Assembly (NCBI RefSeq): GCF_000020025.1
Contig: NC_010628.1
Span: 4,260,001 to 4,292,000, forward strand
Direction of reading: 5' to 3'
DNA from: Nostoc punctiforme PCC 73102
Lineage (GTDB): Bacteria > Cyanobacteriota > Cyanobacteriia > Cyanobacteriales > Nostocaceae
Length of the DNA: 32,000 nucleotides
Shown: positions 8,625 through 18,031 of the stretch, piece after piece
Position numbering within the stretch: the first letter of the stretch is position 1
Layout of the letters: each line of letters begins with the position of its first letter
The notes under the pieces: model-generated
Told to the model about the DNA's origin: nothing
What the model saw: only the letters and a program-made list of their open reading frames with translations
Databases searched by the model: none
Made by a program: the position numbers and the translations under genes

Positions 8625-11600
8625 CTATCGTTGATTTCTTTTTTCTCTTCGTCTTTGACCACGAGAAATACTTTGTTTCGCAGAAAGTATTTCATTCTGT
8701 TCAGGGCAGACAATATTAGTAAGGGAGTTTATGGTTGGTGCTTCGTAAATACTCTCTATAGGAATGTCAAGGTCTAATTTTTTGTTTAACAAAGAAATAG
8801 CTTGAAGGGCTGTTAGCGAATCACCTCCTAACTCAAAAAAATTGTCGTGGATGTTAACGTTGTCAAAACCAAAAAGTTCTTGCCAAATGTCAGCAATAGT
8901 TTTCTCAATCTTTTTACGGGAAGCGGCATAAGTATTTCCCAAAGCATTAGGTATTTGCTCAATCAGGTTTTCAAACAACTCATCAGCAGACTTTACATTT
9001 GAAGTAACCGAGAGCGATTCAGTAGCTAAGTTTAAAGATGAGCCAGTCAAAGTTTGATTGGCGCTCGTCTGTCCGCTATTTTTTGAAGTCTGCTCAGATG
9101 TAAAAAATCCCCCTGCTTGCATTTCAACTACGCTTTCTTTGACCGCAGAAATTACTTGTTCAACGTCTTTATCAGTGTGAGCTGTAGATAGATAAAGAGT
9201 GCGTCCTTCCCAGACATAAATCCCTTTTGCAAGCAAGTGATAGAAAAATAAATTACCAAGTTGAGTCTGGCAATTAAAACGGAAGAGAGAACCAAAATTA
9301 ACGACTCGAATTGGTACTTGCTTTTGTTCAAAGTAACTATTGAGAGTCTCGGCTAATTGGGTTGTCCGTTGATTTAACTCCTCCTGAAGTTTGGAACCAC
9401 TGTTCTTAATGTGATTGAGTGTAGCCCAGGCGACACCCATGATGAGAGGATGCTTGAAAAAAGTACCAGCGAAAAAAGTTGTTTTCACCTGGGGGTAAGA
9501 CTCATCTCCATAGTTCCACATACCTCCGTCTAATGCATCCATAAAAACAGCTTTGCCAGCCACTACCCCAATAGGGATACCAGCAGCAACAGCTTTACCA
9601 TAAGTTGTGATATCTGCTTGAATACCCCATAAAGCCTGAACGCCACCTGGGTGCATCCGAAAGCCAGTAACCACCTCATCGAAAATTAAAACAGTTCCAG
9701 TTTCTTGAGTTAATTGTCTGAGTTGAAATAGAAACTCTTTAGGCTGAAAATCTGGGCGACTGCTTTGTATCGGCTCAACTAAAATTGCTGCTAAGTTATG
9801 AGCATTGTCTTTAAGAATATTGAGAGATTCGGGAGTACCATACTCCAGCACCATCACATCCTCAGCTAAGGATGATGGAATACCTGAAGTCATCGGGACA
9901 GAACGTAGCGTTCCGTCGTTGGTTCTTACTCCTTTGACCAAAACTCCATCAGAACCACCGTGATAAGAACCAGCAAATAAAGCAATTTTTGAACGTCCTG
10001 TAACAGAACGTGCTATGCGTACAGCCGCCATCACTGCTTCTGTGCCATCGTTACAAAAAGCTGTCCGTTCCGCACCGGTTAACTCACAAATTAACTCAGC
10101 TAATTGACCTGCAAAACGCGATTGTGGGCCGTTTAGTATACCTTGCTTGCTTTGCTCTTGGATGGCTGCGATCGCAAAAGATGGCGAATGACCAAATAAA
10201 AGCGTACCAAACCCCATTGAAATGTCTACATATTCGTTGCCATCGACATCCCAGAGTCTAGCACCCTCTCCACGCTCTGCATGGATTGGATATATCATCT
10301 CCTTGATAAAGGGAAAGAACCCTGATACTGCCCTGCTATTGGCATGACAAGAACGATAAGCTTGGGTAAGCCTTTTAGATTCTTGGGTACGCTTGACAAA
10401 ATGTGCAATTAAAGAGTCTAGATGTCTCTGCTGGCGGGGACTCAACATCATCGATTCTTTCTCGATCTGTTGGGAAGCAGCTTTGGGTGTAGGATTAATT
10501 TTCCGGTCTTTGATTTGTTGCTCAGACTCTGCCTTAGTAAATGTAGACTGATTTCCACTAAACGCAGAGCCATTGGTTGAGGTTTGAGCAATTTGCCCAT
10601 CTTGATGAATAGCTCCCAATGAAGGCAAAACTTCTCTGGCTAAACTTCCCTGTGGTAATAAGTCTACCAGTTTAGACATAACCTGAAGATGCTGTGAAAT
10701 TATCTGTTCAATGGCTGTATTTGCTATAGGTTGGTTAACGATTTGCGTATCTGGAACTTTGATTGAGTTGGTTATGATATCTTCTGGTTGAGAAACAAGA
10801 ATTTCATTTTTGGGCGATAGATTGTCATCATTAGCTAAGATAGGTTCAATCCAGTATCTTTTTCGCTCAAAAGGATACGTTGGCAAGGGAATACGATGAC
10901 GTTCTTCATCGGCATAAAATTCTGACCAATCCACATTTATTCCCTCCAGCCAGAGTCTACCCAATGTATTTAGTAAAAACGCCACATCTGATTGTTGGTT
11001 CTGTGGATGTCTTAGTGAAGAAAGAATTACCTGCTGGGCCGCTTTTTGCTTGTTAGCTAAGGTACTTAATGTTCGCCCTGGGCCAACCTCTAAAAGAATT
11101 CGCTTTGGCTGTTGCAGTAATTCGGCGATCGCTTCGCTAAAACGTACTGTTTGGCGTAAATGCCTTGCCCAGTATTTCGGATCTGTTGCTTGTGCTGGGG
11201 TTATCCAAGTGCCGGTGACGTTAGATACAAAAGGAATTTTTGGAGAATTAAGGCTAATTTTGCTAACCTGTTCCTGGAATGGTAACAGAATCGAGTCCAT
11301 CATTGAGGAATGAAAAGCATGGGAAGTATGTAGACGATGACAGTCTACACCTTGGTCAATCAATCGTTTTTGTAAATCATCAACCGCTTCCTCCAATCCA
11401 GAAACTACGCACATATCTGGTGCATTGATTGCAGCCAAAGAGAGTTTTTTTCCTAGCATGGGTTGGATTTTTTTCTCTGGTAGTGAAACAGCCATCATTG
11501 TTCCCGATGGAAGCTGCTGCATCAGTTGTCCTCGGTTGGCTACGAGTATCAATGCTTCTTCTAAGGAGAACACACCAGCAATGCAGGCTGCGACATATTC

Positions 11601-13505
11601 TCCAATGCTGTGACCAATCATTGCATTCGGACGTACACCCCAAGCCATCCACAACTGAGCCAAGGCGTACTCAACTACAAATACTGCGCTTTGGGTAATA
11701 TGAGTTTGTTGTAGTTGCTGTGTTAACGCTTCCGTTTGCTGATGCGGATACAATAATGTCCGCAGGTCTAACTTCAGATAAGATTTGAGAAATTCACAAC
11801 AGTAGTCAACCTGTTTGCGGAAAATTATCTCAGTCTCGTATAATTCTCTACCCATATTCACATACTGGGTACCCTGTCCGGGGAACATAAATGCAATCTG
11901 TTGCCCCGATGGTTCGGTGAATTTGGTGAAAACCCTTTCTGAAACAGGCGTTTCTAAAACTGTGACTGCATCGTTAAGGTTTTGACAAACTAATATTCGG
12001 CGATCGCTAAAACCCCTTCGACCTACCCCCAGAGTATAAGCAATATCGGCTAAGTTGAGTTCAAGATGTTGTTTGAGGTGATTAGCCAAATTTGCTGTAG
12101 CTGTTTCTAATGCAGATTTCGTTTTCGCAGAAATAACTAACAAATGATATTTCCTCCCTTGTCTCCTCTGCCTCCCCTGCTCCCACACCGGGGCTTCTTC
12201 AAGAATCACATGGGCATTAGTCCCACCAATCCCAAAGGAACTAACCCCCGCACGGCGAGGAGTACCATTTGACTTCCATTCTGAAAGCTTGTCGTTAACA
12301 TAAAAGGGGCTGTTAGCAAAATCAATCTGGGGATTGGGTTGCTCAAAGTGTAAGCTGGGCGGTATCTGCTGGTGTTTGAGTGCGAGAACAGTCTTGATTA
12401 AACCAGCAACACCAGCCGCAGCATCTAAGTGTCCGATATTGGTTTTTACTGAAGCGATCGCACAAAAGTTTTTTTTATCTGTGGGGCGAAAAGCTTGTGT
12501 CAGCGAGGCGATTTCAATCGGATCGCCTAAAACTGTACCGGTGCCATGAGTCTCTACATAACTAATCGTCTCAGATTCAACTCTAGCCATTGCCAGTGCC
12601 TCGGCAATTACTTTTGCTTGCCCATCTACACTAGGAGCCGTAAAACCAACTTTTAAAGACCCATCATTATTAATAGCTGAACCTTTAATCACAGCATGAA
12701 TACAATCTCCATCAGCTAAAGCATCTTCTAACCGCTTGAGAACTACAATACCCACCCCGTTGCCGCTAATAATTCCTTGGGCTTTGGCATCAAAAGCCCG
12801 GCAGTGTCCATCGGGAGACATAATTCCCCCTTGTTGATAGCGATAACCAGTTTTGTGCGGCACTTGGATCGAAACACCACCTGCCAAAGCGATGTCACTT
12901 TCGCCATTTAGTAAGCTTTGGCAAGCTAAATGAACTGCAACTAATGAAGTCGAACAGGCGGTTTGGACGTTAAGGCTTGGCCCCTTAAGATTTAATTTAT
13001 ATGAGACATAAGTAGGCAGAAAATTTGGACTATTGCCAATGGAAATTCGGTAACTGCCGACTGATTCTATAATTTTTGGTTGTGTATAAAGGTTTGTCAA
13101 AAAGTAAGTATTTAAACTGGCACCAGCATAAACACCAATCCGACCTGCATATATTTCAGAATTGTAGCCAGCGCTTTCCAGAGCTTCCCAAGCACACTCC
13201 AGGAATAAACGGTGTTGTGGATCGGTGATTTGGGCTTCTTTCGCAGAAAAATCAAAAAATGAAGCATCAAATAACTCAATATCTTCTAATACAGATCCTG
13301 CTTTTACATACTGAGGTTGACTCAGCGTCGCTGGATCAATCCTAGAAGACAACAATTCTTCATCACTGAAAAAAGAAATTGACTCAACACCATCTCGGAG
13401 ATTTTGCCAAAACTGTTCAATATTTTTAGCTCTAGGAAAACGACCATTCATCCCAACGATCGCTATTTCATCGAGGCTATCAAATGCATTTGGTTGATTC
13501 ATCAT
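8625..13505 (-). CDS. type I PKS with embedded aminotransferase, KS-AT-AMT-CP
   Basis: 1626 aa. KS nt ~12192-13472 (TACSTSL, ETHGTGT, KTNIGHL). AT nt ~11001-11894 (GHSIGE, HAFH). Low-complexity linker. Class-III PLP aminotransferase (GSA-aminomutase-like) nt ~9120-10445 with TTYGKAVAAG (Lys1304). Carrier protein nt ~8706-8918 (ELGGDS, Ser1563). AGGAGG lies 5 nt before the ATG and the gap to the upstream stop is 9 nt. Confidence 0.95.
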   Translation of the reverse strand: MMNQPNAFDSLDEIAIVGMNGRFPRAKNIEQFWQNLRDGVESISFFSDEELLSSRIDPATLSQPQYVKAGSVLEDIELFDASFFDFSAKEAQITDPQHRLFLECAWEALESAGYNSEIYAGRIGVYAGASLNTYFLTNLYTQPKIIESVGSYRISIGNSPNFLPTYVSYKLNLKGPSLNVQTACSTSLVAVHLACQSLLNGESDIALAGGVSIQVPHKTGYRYQQGGIMSPDGHCRAFDAKAQGIISGNGVGIVVLKRLEDALADGDCIHAVIKGSAINNDGSLKVGFTAPSVDGQAKVIAEALAMARVESETISYVETHGTGTVLGDPIEIASLTQAFRPTDKKNFCAIASVKTNIGHLDAAAGVAGLIKTVLALKHQQIPPSLHFEQPNPQIDFANSPFYVNDKLSEWKSNGTPRRAGVSSFGIGGTNAHVILEEAPVWEQGRQRRQGRKYHLLVISAKTKSALETATANLANHLKQHLELNLADIAYTLGVGRRGFSDRRILVCQNLNDAVTVLETPVSERVFTKFTEPSGQQIAFMFPGQGTQYVNMGRELYETEIIFRKQVDYCCEFLKSYLKLDLRTLLYPHQQTEALTQQLQQTHITQSAVFVVEYALAQLWMAWGVRPNAMIGHSIGEYVAACIAGVFSLEEALILVANRGQLMQQLPSGTMMAVSLPEKKIQPMLGKKLSLAAINAPDMCVVSGLEEAVDDLQKRLIDQGVDCHRLHTSHAFHSSMMDSILLPFQEQVSKISLNSPKIPFVSNVTGTWITPAQATDPKYWARHLRQTVRFSEAIAELLQQPKRILLEVGPGRTLSTLANKQKAAQQVILSSLRHPQNQQSDVAFLLNTLGRLWLEGINVDWSEFYADEERHRIPLPTYPFERKRYWIEPILANDDNLSPKNEILVSQPEDIITNSIKVPDTQIVNQPIANTAIEQIISQHLQVMSKLVDLLPQGSLAREVLPSLGAIHQDGQIAQTSTNGSAFSGNQSTFTKAESEQQIKDRKINPTPKAASQQIEKESMMLSPRQQRHLDSLIAHFVKRTQESKRLTQAYRSCHANSRAVSGFFPFIKEMIYPIHAERGEGARLWDVDGNEYVDISMGFGTLLFGHSPSFAIAAIQEQSKQGILNGPQSRFAGQLAELICELTGAERTAFCNDGTEAVMAAVRIARSVTGRSKIALFAGSYHGGSDGVLVKGVRTNDGTLRSVPMTSGIPSSLAEDVMVLEYGTPESLNILKDNAHNLAAILVEPIQSSRPDFQPKEFLFQLRQLTQETGTVLIFDEVVTGFRMHPGGVQALWGIQADITTYGKAVAAGIPIGVVAGKAVFMDALDGGMWNYGDESYPQVKTTFFAGTFFKHPLIMGVAWATLNHIKNSGSKLQEELNQRTTQLAETLNSYFEQKQVPIRVVNFGSLFRFNCQTQLGNLFFYHLLAKGIYVWEGRTLYLSTAHTDKDVEQVISAVKESVVEMQAGGFFTSEQTSKNSGQTSANQTLTGSSLNLATESLSVTSNVKSADELFENLIEQIPNALGNTYAASRKKIEKTIADIWQELFGFDNVNIHDNFFELGGDSLTALQAISLLNKKLDLDIPIESIYEAPTINSLTNIVCPEQNEILSAKQSISRGQRRREKRNQR
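9120..10445 (-). other. PLP-dependent aminotransferase (AMT) domain within the KS-AT-AMT-CP protein
   Basis: The region from LWDVDGNEYVDISMGFG to YGKAVAAGIPIG to VWEGRTLYLSTAHT is co-linear with the AMT at 29241-30575. A hand-aligned stretch gave roughly 85% nt identity. Confidence 0.85.
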
Positions 13506-13514
13506 AGCCTCCTC

Positions 13515-16500
13515 CTACTGGCTTTTTTCTTGATGTTTTTGTCGGAGTTGTCTTTGTTGTTTCTTTGATTCTCTCCGAGTATTAACTAAATCATGGCTTG
13601 GTTGCAAATCAGGTTTTTCTGCTAATTGTTGACTTAAATGTTTCGCCAAGGCACTAATAGTTGGATATTGAAACATTTCAACAATTGATATCTCTTTATT
13701 AAGAGTTTGATACAGTTTGCTGTGTACCTGAACCATCAGTAATGAATGACCGCCAAGATCGAAGAAATTGTGATGAATACCTACTTTCTTGATGTGGAGT
13801 ACTTCTTGCCAAATTATAGCAATAGTTTGCTCAAGTTCAGTCTCAGGAGCAACGAGATTTTCTTCCAGATTCAGCTGTGGCTGATCGGGTAGCACTCGGC
13901 GATCTACTTTGCCGTTAGGCAACAGTGGCATTTCCTTGAGCAGAACAAAGGCTGACGGGATCATATATTCAGGCAGACGATCTAACAAATAGCGACGAAG
14001 TTCACTAATGAGAGAAACTGGCTGTTGGTTAGCAACCAAATATGCCACTAGGCGCATATCCTGAAGTTCCTGCTTTTGGGCTATAACTACAACCTCCCGC
14101 ACCTCTGGATGTTGATCCAATACCGCCTCAATCTCCCCCAGTTCAATACGATAACCCCGGATTTTAACCTGCTGATCGAGCCTTCCGAGAAATTCAATGT
14201 TGCGATCGCTCAGATAACGAGCTAAATCTCCCGTTTTGTAAAGGCGCATTCCTGGGCGATCGCTAAATGGGTTAGGAATGAACTTTTCGCTAGTTAAGGC
14301 GGCTTGATTGAGATAGCCTCTAGCTAAACTATCACCACTGATATAAACTTCACCGATAACTCCAATAGGAACAGGTTGTAAATGAGAGTTAAGTAGATAA
14401 ATCTGCGTATTAGCAATGGGTTGACCAATCGATACTTGCTCTTTGATTTGTTGAGAGCGACAATGATATACACTGCTCCAAACCGTACCTTCTGTTGGCC
14501 CATACTCATTAAATAAAGATGGTTTTGATGGCAATTGGTGATGACGTTGTACTAACTCTGCTGGACAAGATTCACCAGCAACAATGACGGTGCGAAGTGA
14601 TGTTAATTGTTCGGGTTTGGACTCCTGCAATAAAATAGTATACAGAGATGGAAGGCTTAATAAATGGGAGACATGATTTTGGACGATTAACTCTAATAGT
14701 TTTGGGATGTCCAATTGCAACCCTTCTTGGGGAAGACAAAGAATTCCTCCAGAACAAAGAGTCCAAAAAATACCCGCCACAGAACTATCGAAAGCAAAGG
14801 AAGAAAGTAATAAGAAGCTACTAACAGGTTCTTGATAGTAAGTAATCCGAGCAGTTGTAGAGTTTACTAAATGGCGATGTGCAATCTGCACTCCTTTAGG
14901 TTTACCTGTAGAACCAGAGGTATAAATGACATAAGCTAAGTTTTCGCTATGCGTTTTAACCGGGGAATTTTCTTGACTCTCCTGAGCAATAATTGCCCAA
15001 GCTGTATCCAAGCAAATAGTTTGGGCACTATGGGCTGGTAAACCCGAAAGCAGTCGTTGCTGAGTCAATAATACTGGCGTTTTGGTATCTTCTAATATGA
15101 AAGCTAAACGCTCTGATGGATAATTTGGATCGAGTGGAATATAAGCTCCACCAGCTTTAAGAATGCCCAAAATCCCAACAATCATTTCGAGCGAACGCTC
15201 GACACAAATTCCCACCAGTACCTCTTTTTCAACTCCTAACCTTTGGAGGTAGTGAGCCATTTGATTGGCACGAGTATTTAATTCATGGTAAGTAACTTTC
15301 TGTCCAGAAAATGTAACGGCAATATTGTTTGGTGTTTGCTCTGCTTGTTCTTCAAATAAATGGTGAATACACTTGTCTTGGGGATAATCAGCCTGTGTTT
15401 GGTTGAACTCAAATAGAATTTGATTTCGGGTGCGATCGCTTAAAATTTCTAGTTCACTGATTGTAGCTTCTGGATGAGCCGTGGCACTTTTTAATAACTT
15501 ATGAAATTGCTCTGCTAAATCAGCAACATCATGTTCATAAAATAAATTAGAGTCATAATGAAATTCTGCACTTAAAAAATCATCCTTGCGTCTACAAGAG
15601 AATTTGATATTGAAACGCTCTGTGCAGCTATAAAGCTTGTGAATGCAAAACGATAGATTACCTGCACAATGCTTTGTATTTTCTTCAGCAAAATCAAAGC
15701 CCACAGGTACAAAAGGCAAAATATCTGATTTAGTATCTACTCCTAATATTTGTTCCCAACTAAAACATTCTTGCCATTTAGAGATAGATTCTACAGATTC
15801 ATGAATTTGCTGCAAAATTTGACTGAATCGAAAGTTATCTTCTAAATGACAATGAAGTGGTAAATATTTGGCAAAAAGTCCTAATGCTCCTTTGAGTTCT
15901 TCATATTTTCTGCCATCAACTCCCGTACCAACGATCATCTCTGATTGTCCGCTCAGTCTCTGGAGCAGAACCAGCCAGCAAGTTAGATAAAATATAGAAG
16001 CAGAAGTATTATATTTCTCGGCTAATATTTCAATATTAGATATCAATTCCGGGGCAATAATTGTATTTATTAATTTCGGTTGAAATTTGTGATTTTTAGA
16101 TATCTGTTTTTCATAAGGCAACTTGGGATGTGTAACACCAGATAAATCTTGCTGTTGCCAATATTTTCTTCCTATTTGCGTTTCTTCTGCTTCCAGTATT
16201 TGATTTTGCCATTCCGAAAAATCTGCATATTGTAGTGGAGCTTCATATAATTCTTCATCTAAATTTCCTAAGTAAGAAATAGTCAGTTGTTGTAATAAAG
16301 AATTGAGACTGACACTATCTGCACAGAGAGCAGGCAAACTGATAAATAATAAATATTTTTCTGGCGAAATCTTTACTAGGGATGTATGTAAAATTAAACC
16401 TTGTTCAAAGTCGAAATTTTGTTGGTTAGATTTTTGAAAAATTGCTTCAATCTCTGCCTCCTGTTCTTGAGTATTTAAATTACTAAGATCGTGATTTTCC

Positions 16501-16754
16501 AAAACTATTTTGCTATCTGTAATTACCTGCACTGGAATCGTCATTTCAGGTAGACAAATAAAACTGGTGCGAAGAATCTCATGGCGATTGACAACATCTT
16601 GCAATGCTAATTCTAAATTATTGATGTTAACATTACCTTCAATCAGAATTGTACAATCGCTACGATAAGCCCAACTTTGATCGATTTGTTTTAGTAACCA
16701 TAGATGCTCTTGTTGAGGTGAAAGTCTAAACCCCTCCATATTTTCTACTTGCAT
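13515..16754 (-). CDS. NRPS module: His-less C-like domain, A, PCP
   Basis: 1079 aa. The N-terminal C-fold domain (nt ~15435-16733) has SLPALCADSVS where HHxxxDG is expected. A domain nt ~13890-15371 (LAYVIYTSGSTGKPKG, NEYGPTE, YKTGDLARY, GRLDQQVKIRGYRIELGEIE, NGKVDRR). PCP nt ~13635-13841 (DLGGHS, Ser1004). Confidence 0.95.
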   Translation of the reverse strand: MQVENMEGFRLSPQQEHLWLLKQIDQSWAYRSDCTILIEGNVNINNLELALQDVVNRHEILRTSFICLPEMTIPVQVITDSKIVLENHDLSNLNTQEQEAEIEAIFQKSNQQNFDFEQGLILHTSLVKISPEKYLLFISLPALCADSVSLNSLLQQLTISYLGNLDEELYEAPLQYADFSEWQNQILEAEETQIGRKYWQQQDLSGVTHPKLPYEKQISKNHKFQPKLINTIIAPELISNIEILAEKYNTSASIFYLTCWLVLLQRLSGQSEMIVGTGVDGRKYEELKGALGLFAKYLPLHCHLEDNFRFSQILQQIHESVESISKWQECFSWEQILGVDTKSDILPFVPVGFDFAEENTKHCAGNLSFCIHKLYSCTERFNIKFSCRRKDDFLSAEFHYDSNLFYEHDVADLAEQFHKLLKSATAHPEATISELEILSDRTRNQILFEFNQTQADYPQDKCIHHLFEEQAEQTPNNIAVTFSGQKVTYHELNTRANQMAHYLQRLGVEKEVLVGICVERSLEMIVGILGILKAGGAYIPLDPNYPSERLAFILEDTKTPVLLTQQRLLSGLPAHSAQTICLDTAWAIIAQESQENSPVKTHSENLAYVIYTSGSTGKPKGVQIAHRHLVNSTTARITYYQEPVSSFLLLSSFAFDSSVAGIFWTLCSGGILCLPQEGLQLDIPKLLELIVQNHVSHLLSLPSLYTILLQESKPEQLTSLRTVIVAGESCPAELVQRHHQLPSKPSLFNEYGPTEGTVWSSVYHCRSQQIKEQVSIGQPIANTQIYLLNSHLQPVPIGVIGEVYISGDSLARGYLNQAALTSEKFIPNPFSDRPGMRLYKTGDLARYLSDRNIEFLGRLDQQVKIRGYRIELGEIEAVLDQHPEVREVVVIAQKQELQDMRLVAYLVANQQPVSLISELRRYLLDRLPEYMIPSAFVLLKEMPLLPNGKVDRRVLPDQPQLNLEENLVAPETELEQTIAIIWQEVLHIKKVGIHHNFFDLGGHSLLMVQVHSKLYQTLNKEISIVEMFQYPTISALAKHLSQQLAEKPDLQPSHDLVNTRRESKKQQRQLRQKHQEKSQ
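15435..16733 (-). other. condensation-fold domain lacking the catalytic histidines (possible interface/scaffold domain)
   Basis: Alignment to the two canonical C domains in the window puts I-S-L-P-A-L-C-A-D-S-V-S (nt 16308-16340) opposite T-M-H-H-I-I-A-D-G-W-A. Both His are replaced (Pro, Ala) and Gly becomes Ser. The C1 motif is also atypical (LSPQQEHLWLL). Confidence 0.75.
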
Positions 16755-16789
16755 ATTTATACCTCAGTGTTATAAGACTTTAGATTTTA

Positions 16790-16857
16790 TAGGACTTACG
16801 CAAAAACCCTCTTAAACTCTCATTCCTCAGTGACCTCAGTGTCCTCTGTGGTTCGTT
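16790..16857 (+). repeat. diverged member of the same repeat family (copy B1)
   Basis: tataggacttacgcaaaaaccctcttaaactctcattcctcagtgacctcagtgtcctctgtggttcgtt. It shares the tatag start and the ctcNgNgNcNtctgNNgttcgNtt end with copies A and C. Confidence 0.55.
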
Positions 16858-16934
16858 TTCCGTAATAATGCTTAATGGTGTATGAGGCAATACGGTTCAG
16901 TTAAGGCTAAAACTCTTTAACAAAGTCAATTTTT

Positions 16935-16990
16935 TAACGTAGACGCGGAGCGGCTTGCCGCAGGCTACCGCAGAGGAAACAGAGAGAAGA
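16935..16990 (-). repeat. repeat copy B2 (inverted; matches the GC-rich half of copy C)
   Basis: The reverse complement cttctctctgtttcctctgcggtagcctgcggcaagccgctccgcgtctacgtta aligns with copy C 31250-31312, with a few mismatches and one short indel. Confidence 0.75.
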
Positions 16991-16999
16991 AAAAAATGC

Positions 17000-18031
17000 T
17001 TAACCCAAGGGTATTGGTGTATGAGCTTCAGCCATTCCGACTAAAATTTTTCTGGGAGGGACAAATGGCTGACGGGCATGGATTGATAACATATTGTCCA
17101 GCATCAATACATGTCCTTTTTCCCAAGAAAAAGTGACCATTTCCTGTTGATAAGCTGCTCGTAGTTCAGCTAAGACTGATGGCTCAATTGCAGAACCATC
17201 CCCATAATATGTGTTAGTTGGTAGGTCTTCTTCTGGCAAATTTGTCAATAATGAATCGCGGATTGTTGATTCTAATGTGGAGACATGGAAAAAAGTTGCG
17301 TGATTGAACCAGACCATTTCACCTGTTTGAGGATGTTTGAGAACAACTGGCCCAACTTGACGAGTTCTTAAGCGATTATCTGCTTTCCATTCAACCTCAA
17401 TTCCATTGATTTTGCAGTACTCTTCTACCTTAGTTTTGTCTGTTGTTTGAAATACAGTTTGCCAAGGAAGACCAAATCCATCACCAAAGTTACGCATATA
17501 CATGACTTTCTTTTGAATGAAGCGATCGCGTATATCTGGATGAATCCGCTCAAACACTTTCCGACAACTACCAATTGGAGTTTCTCCTCCCTGCGCTGCT
17601 GGACTCATACAAAAAAAGAAGATTTTCAACGGAAAGGTAGGAGAGTAAGCGTGTTCATTGTGAGGAAAGATACTTTGCTCGGCAGGATAGTCTGTTGAAG
17701 TATAAATTCTCCCACCTACTTGAGTTCGTGGAGATGCCCGATAACGATACTCCATCGCCTCTCCACAAATCGCAGCGATGATTTGCTCAAATTCTTCTAT
17801 TGACTTGACTTTAAAATCCCGAAACAGTATTGCTCCATATTTTAATAATTCGGCTTTCAAAAATTCCCGATTATTCTTTGCCCAGTTTTGCAGATCCACT
17901 CCCTTCACATTGGGCTTAATCACCAAAGGAAAATTATTTCCTGGCTGGAGAAACTCAGTTTTTATTAAGTCTTCTGGAGATATATTGACAGCTTTACGCT
18001 TCACAGAACCTAGAGATTCAATTTTTGTCAT
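17000..18031 (-). CDS. SyrP/TauD-like Fe(II)/2-oxoglutarate dioxygenase (probable hydroxylase of a carrier-bound amino acid)
   Basis: 343 aa. GAILFRDF motif, HxE triad (FPHNEHAY, His124/Glu126), distal LSIHARQPF. The ATG at 18029-18031 overlaps the stop of the upstream C-domain gene by 14 nt. Confidence 0.85.
   Translation of the reverse strand: MTKIESLGSVKRKAVNISPEDLIKTEFLQPGNNFPLVIKPNVKGVDLQNWAKNNREFLKAELLKYGAILFRDFKVKSIEEFEQIIAAICGEAMEYRYRASPRTQVGGRIYTSTDYPAEQSIFPHNEHAYSPTFPLKIFFFCMSPAAQGGETPIGSCRKVFERIHPDIRDRFIQKKVMYMRNFGDGFGLPWQTVFQTTDKTKVEEYCKINGIEVEWKADNRLRTRQVGPVVLKHPQTGEMVWFNHATFFHVSTLESTIRDSLLTNLPEEDLPTNTYYGDGSAIEPSVLAELRAAYQQEMVTFSWEKGHVLMLDNMLSIHARQPFVPPRKILVGMAEAHTPIPLG

Noticed and set aside
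5190-14766. Minus-strand alternative-frame ORFs nested in the synthetase genes (5190..5495, 6882..7070, 11380..11652, 14324..14509, 14572..14766)
   Set aside because: They overlap well-supported domain-coding frames (KR, AT, A domains) and carry no motifs of their own.
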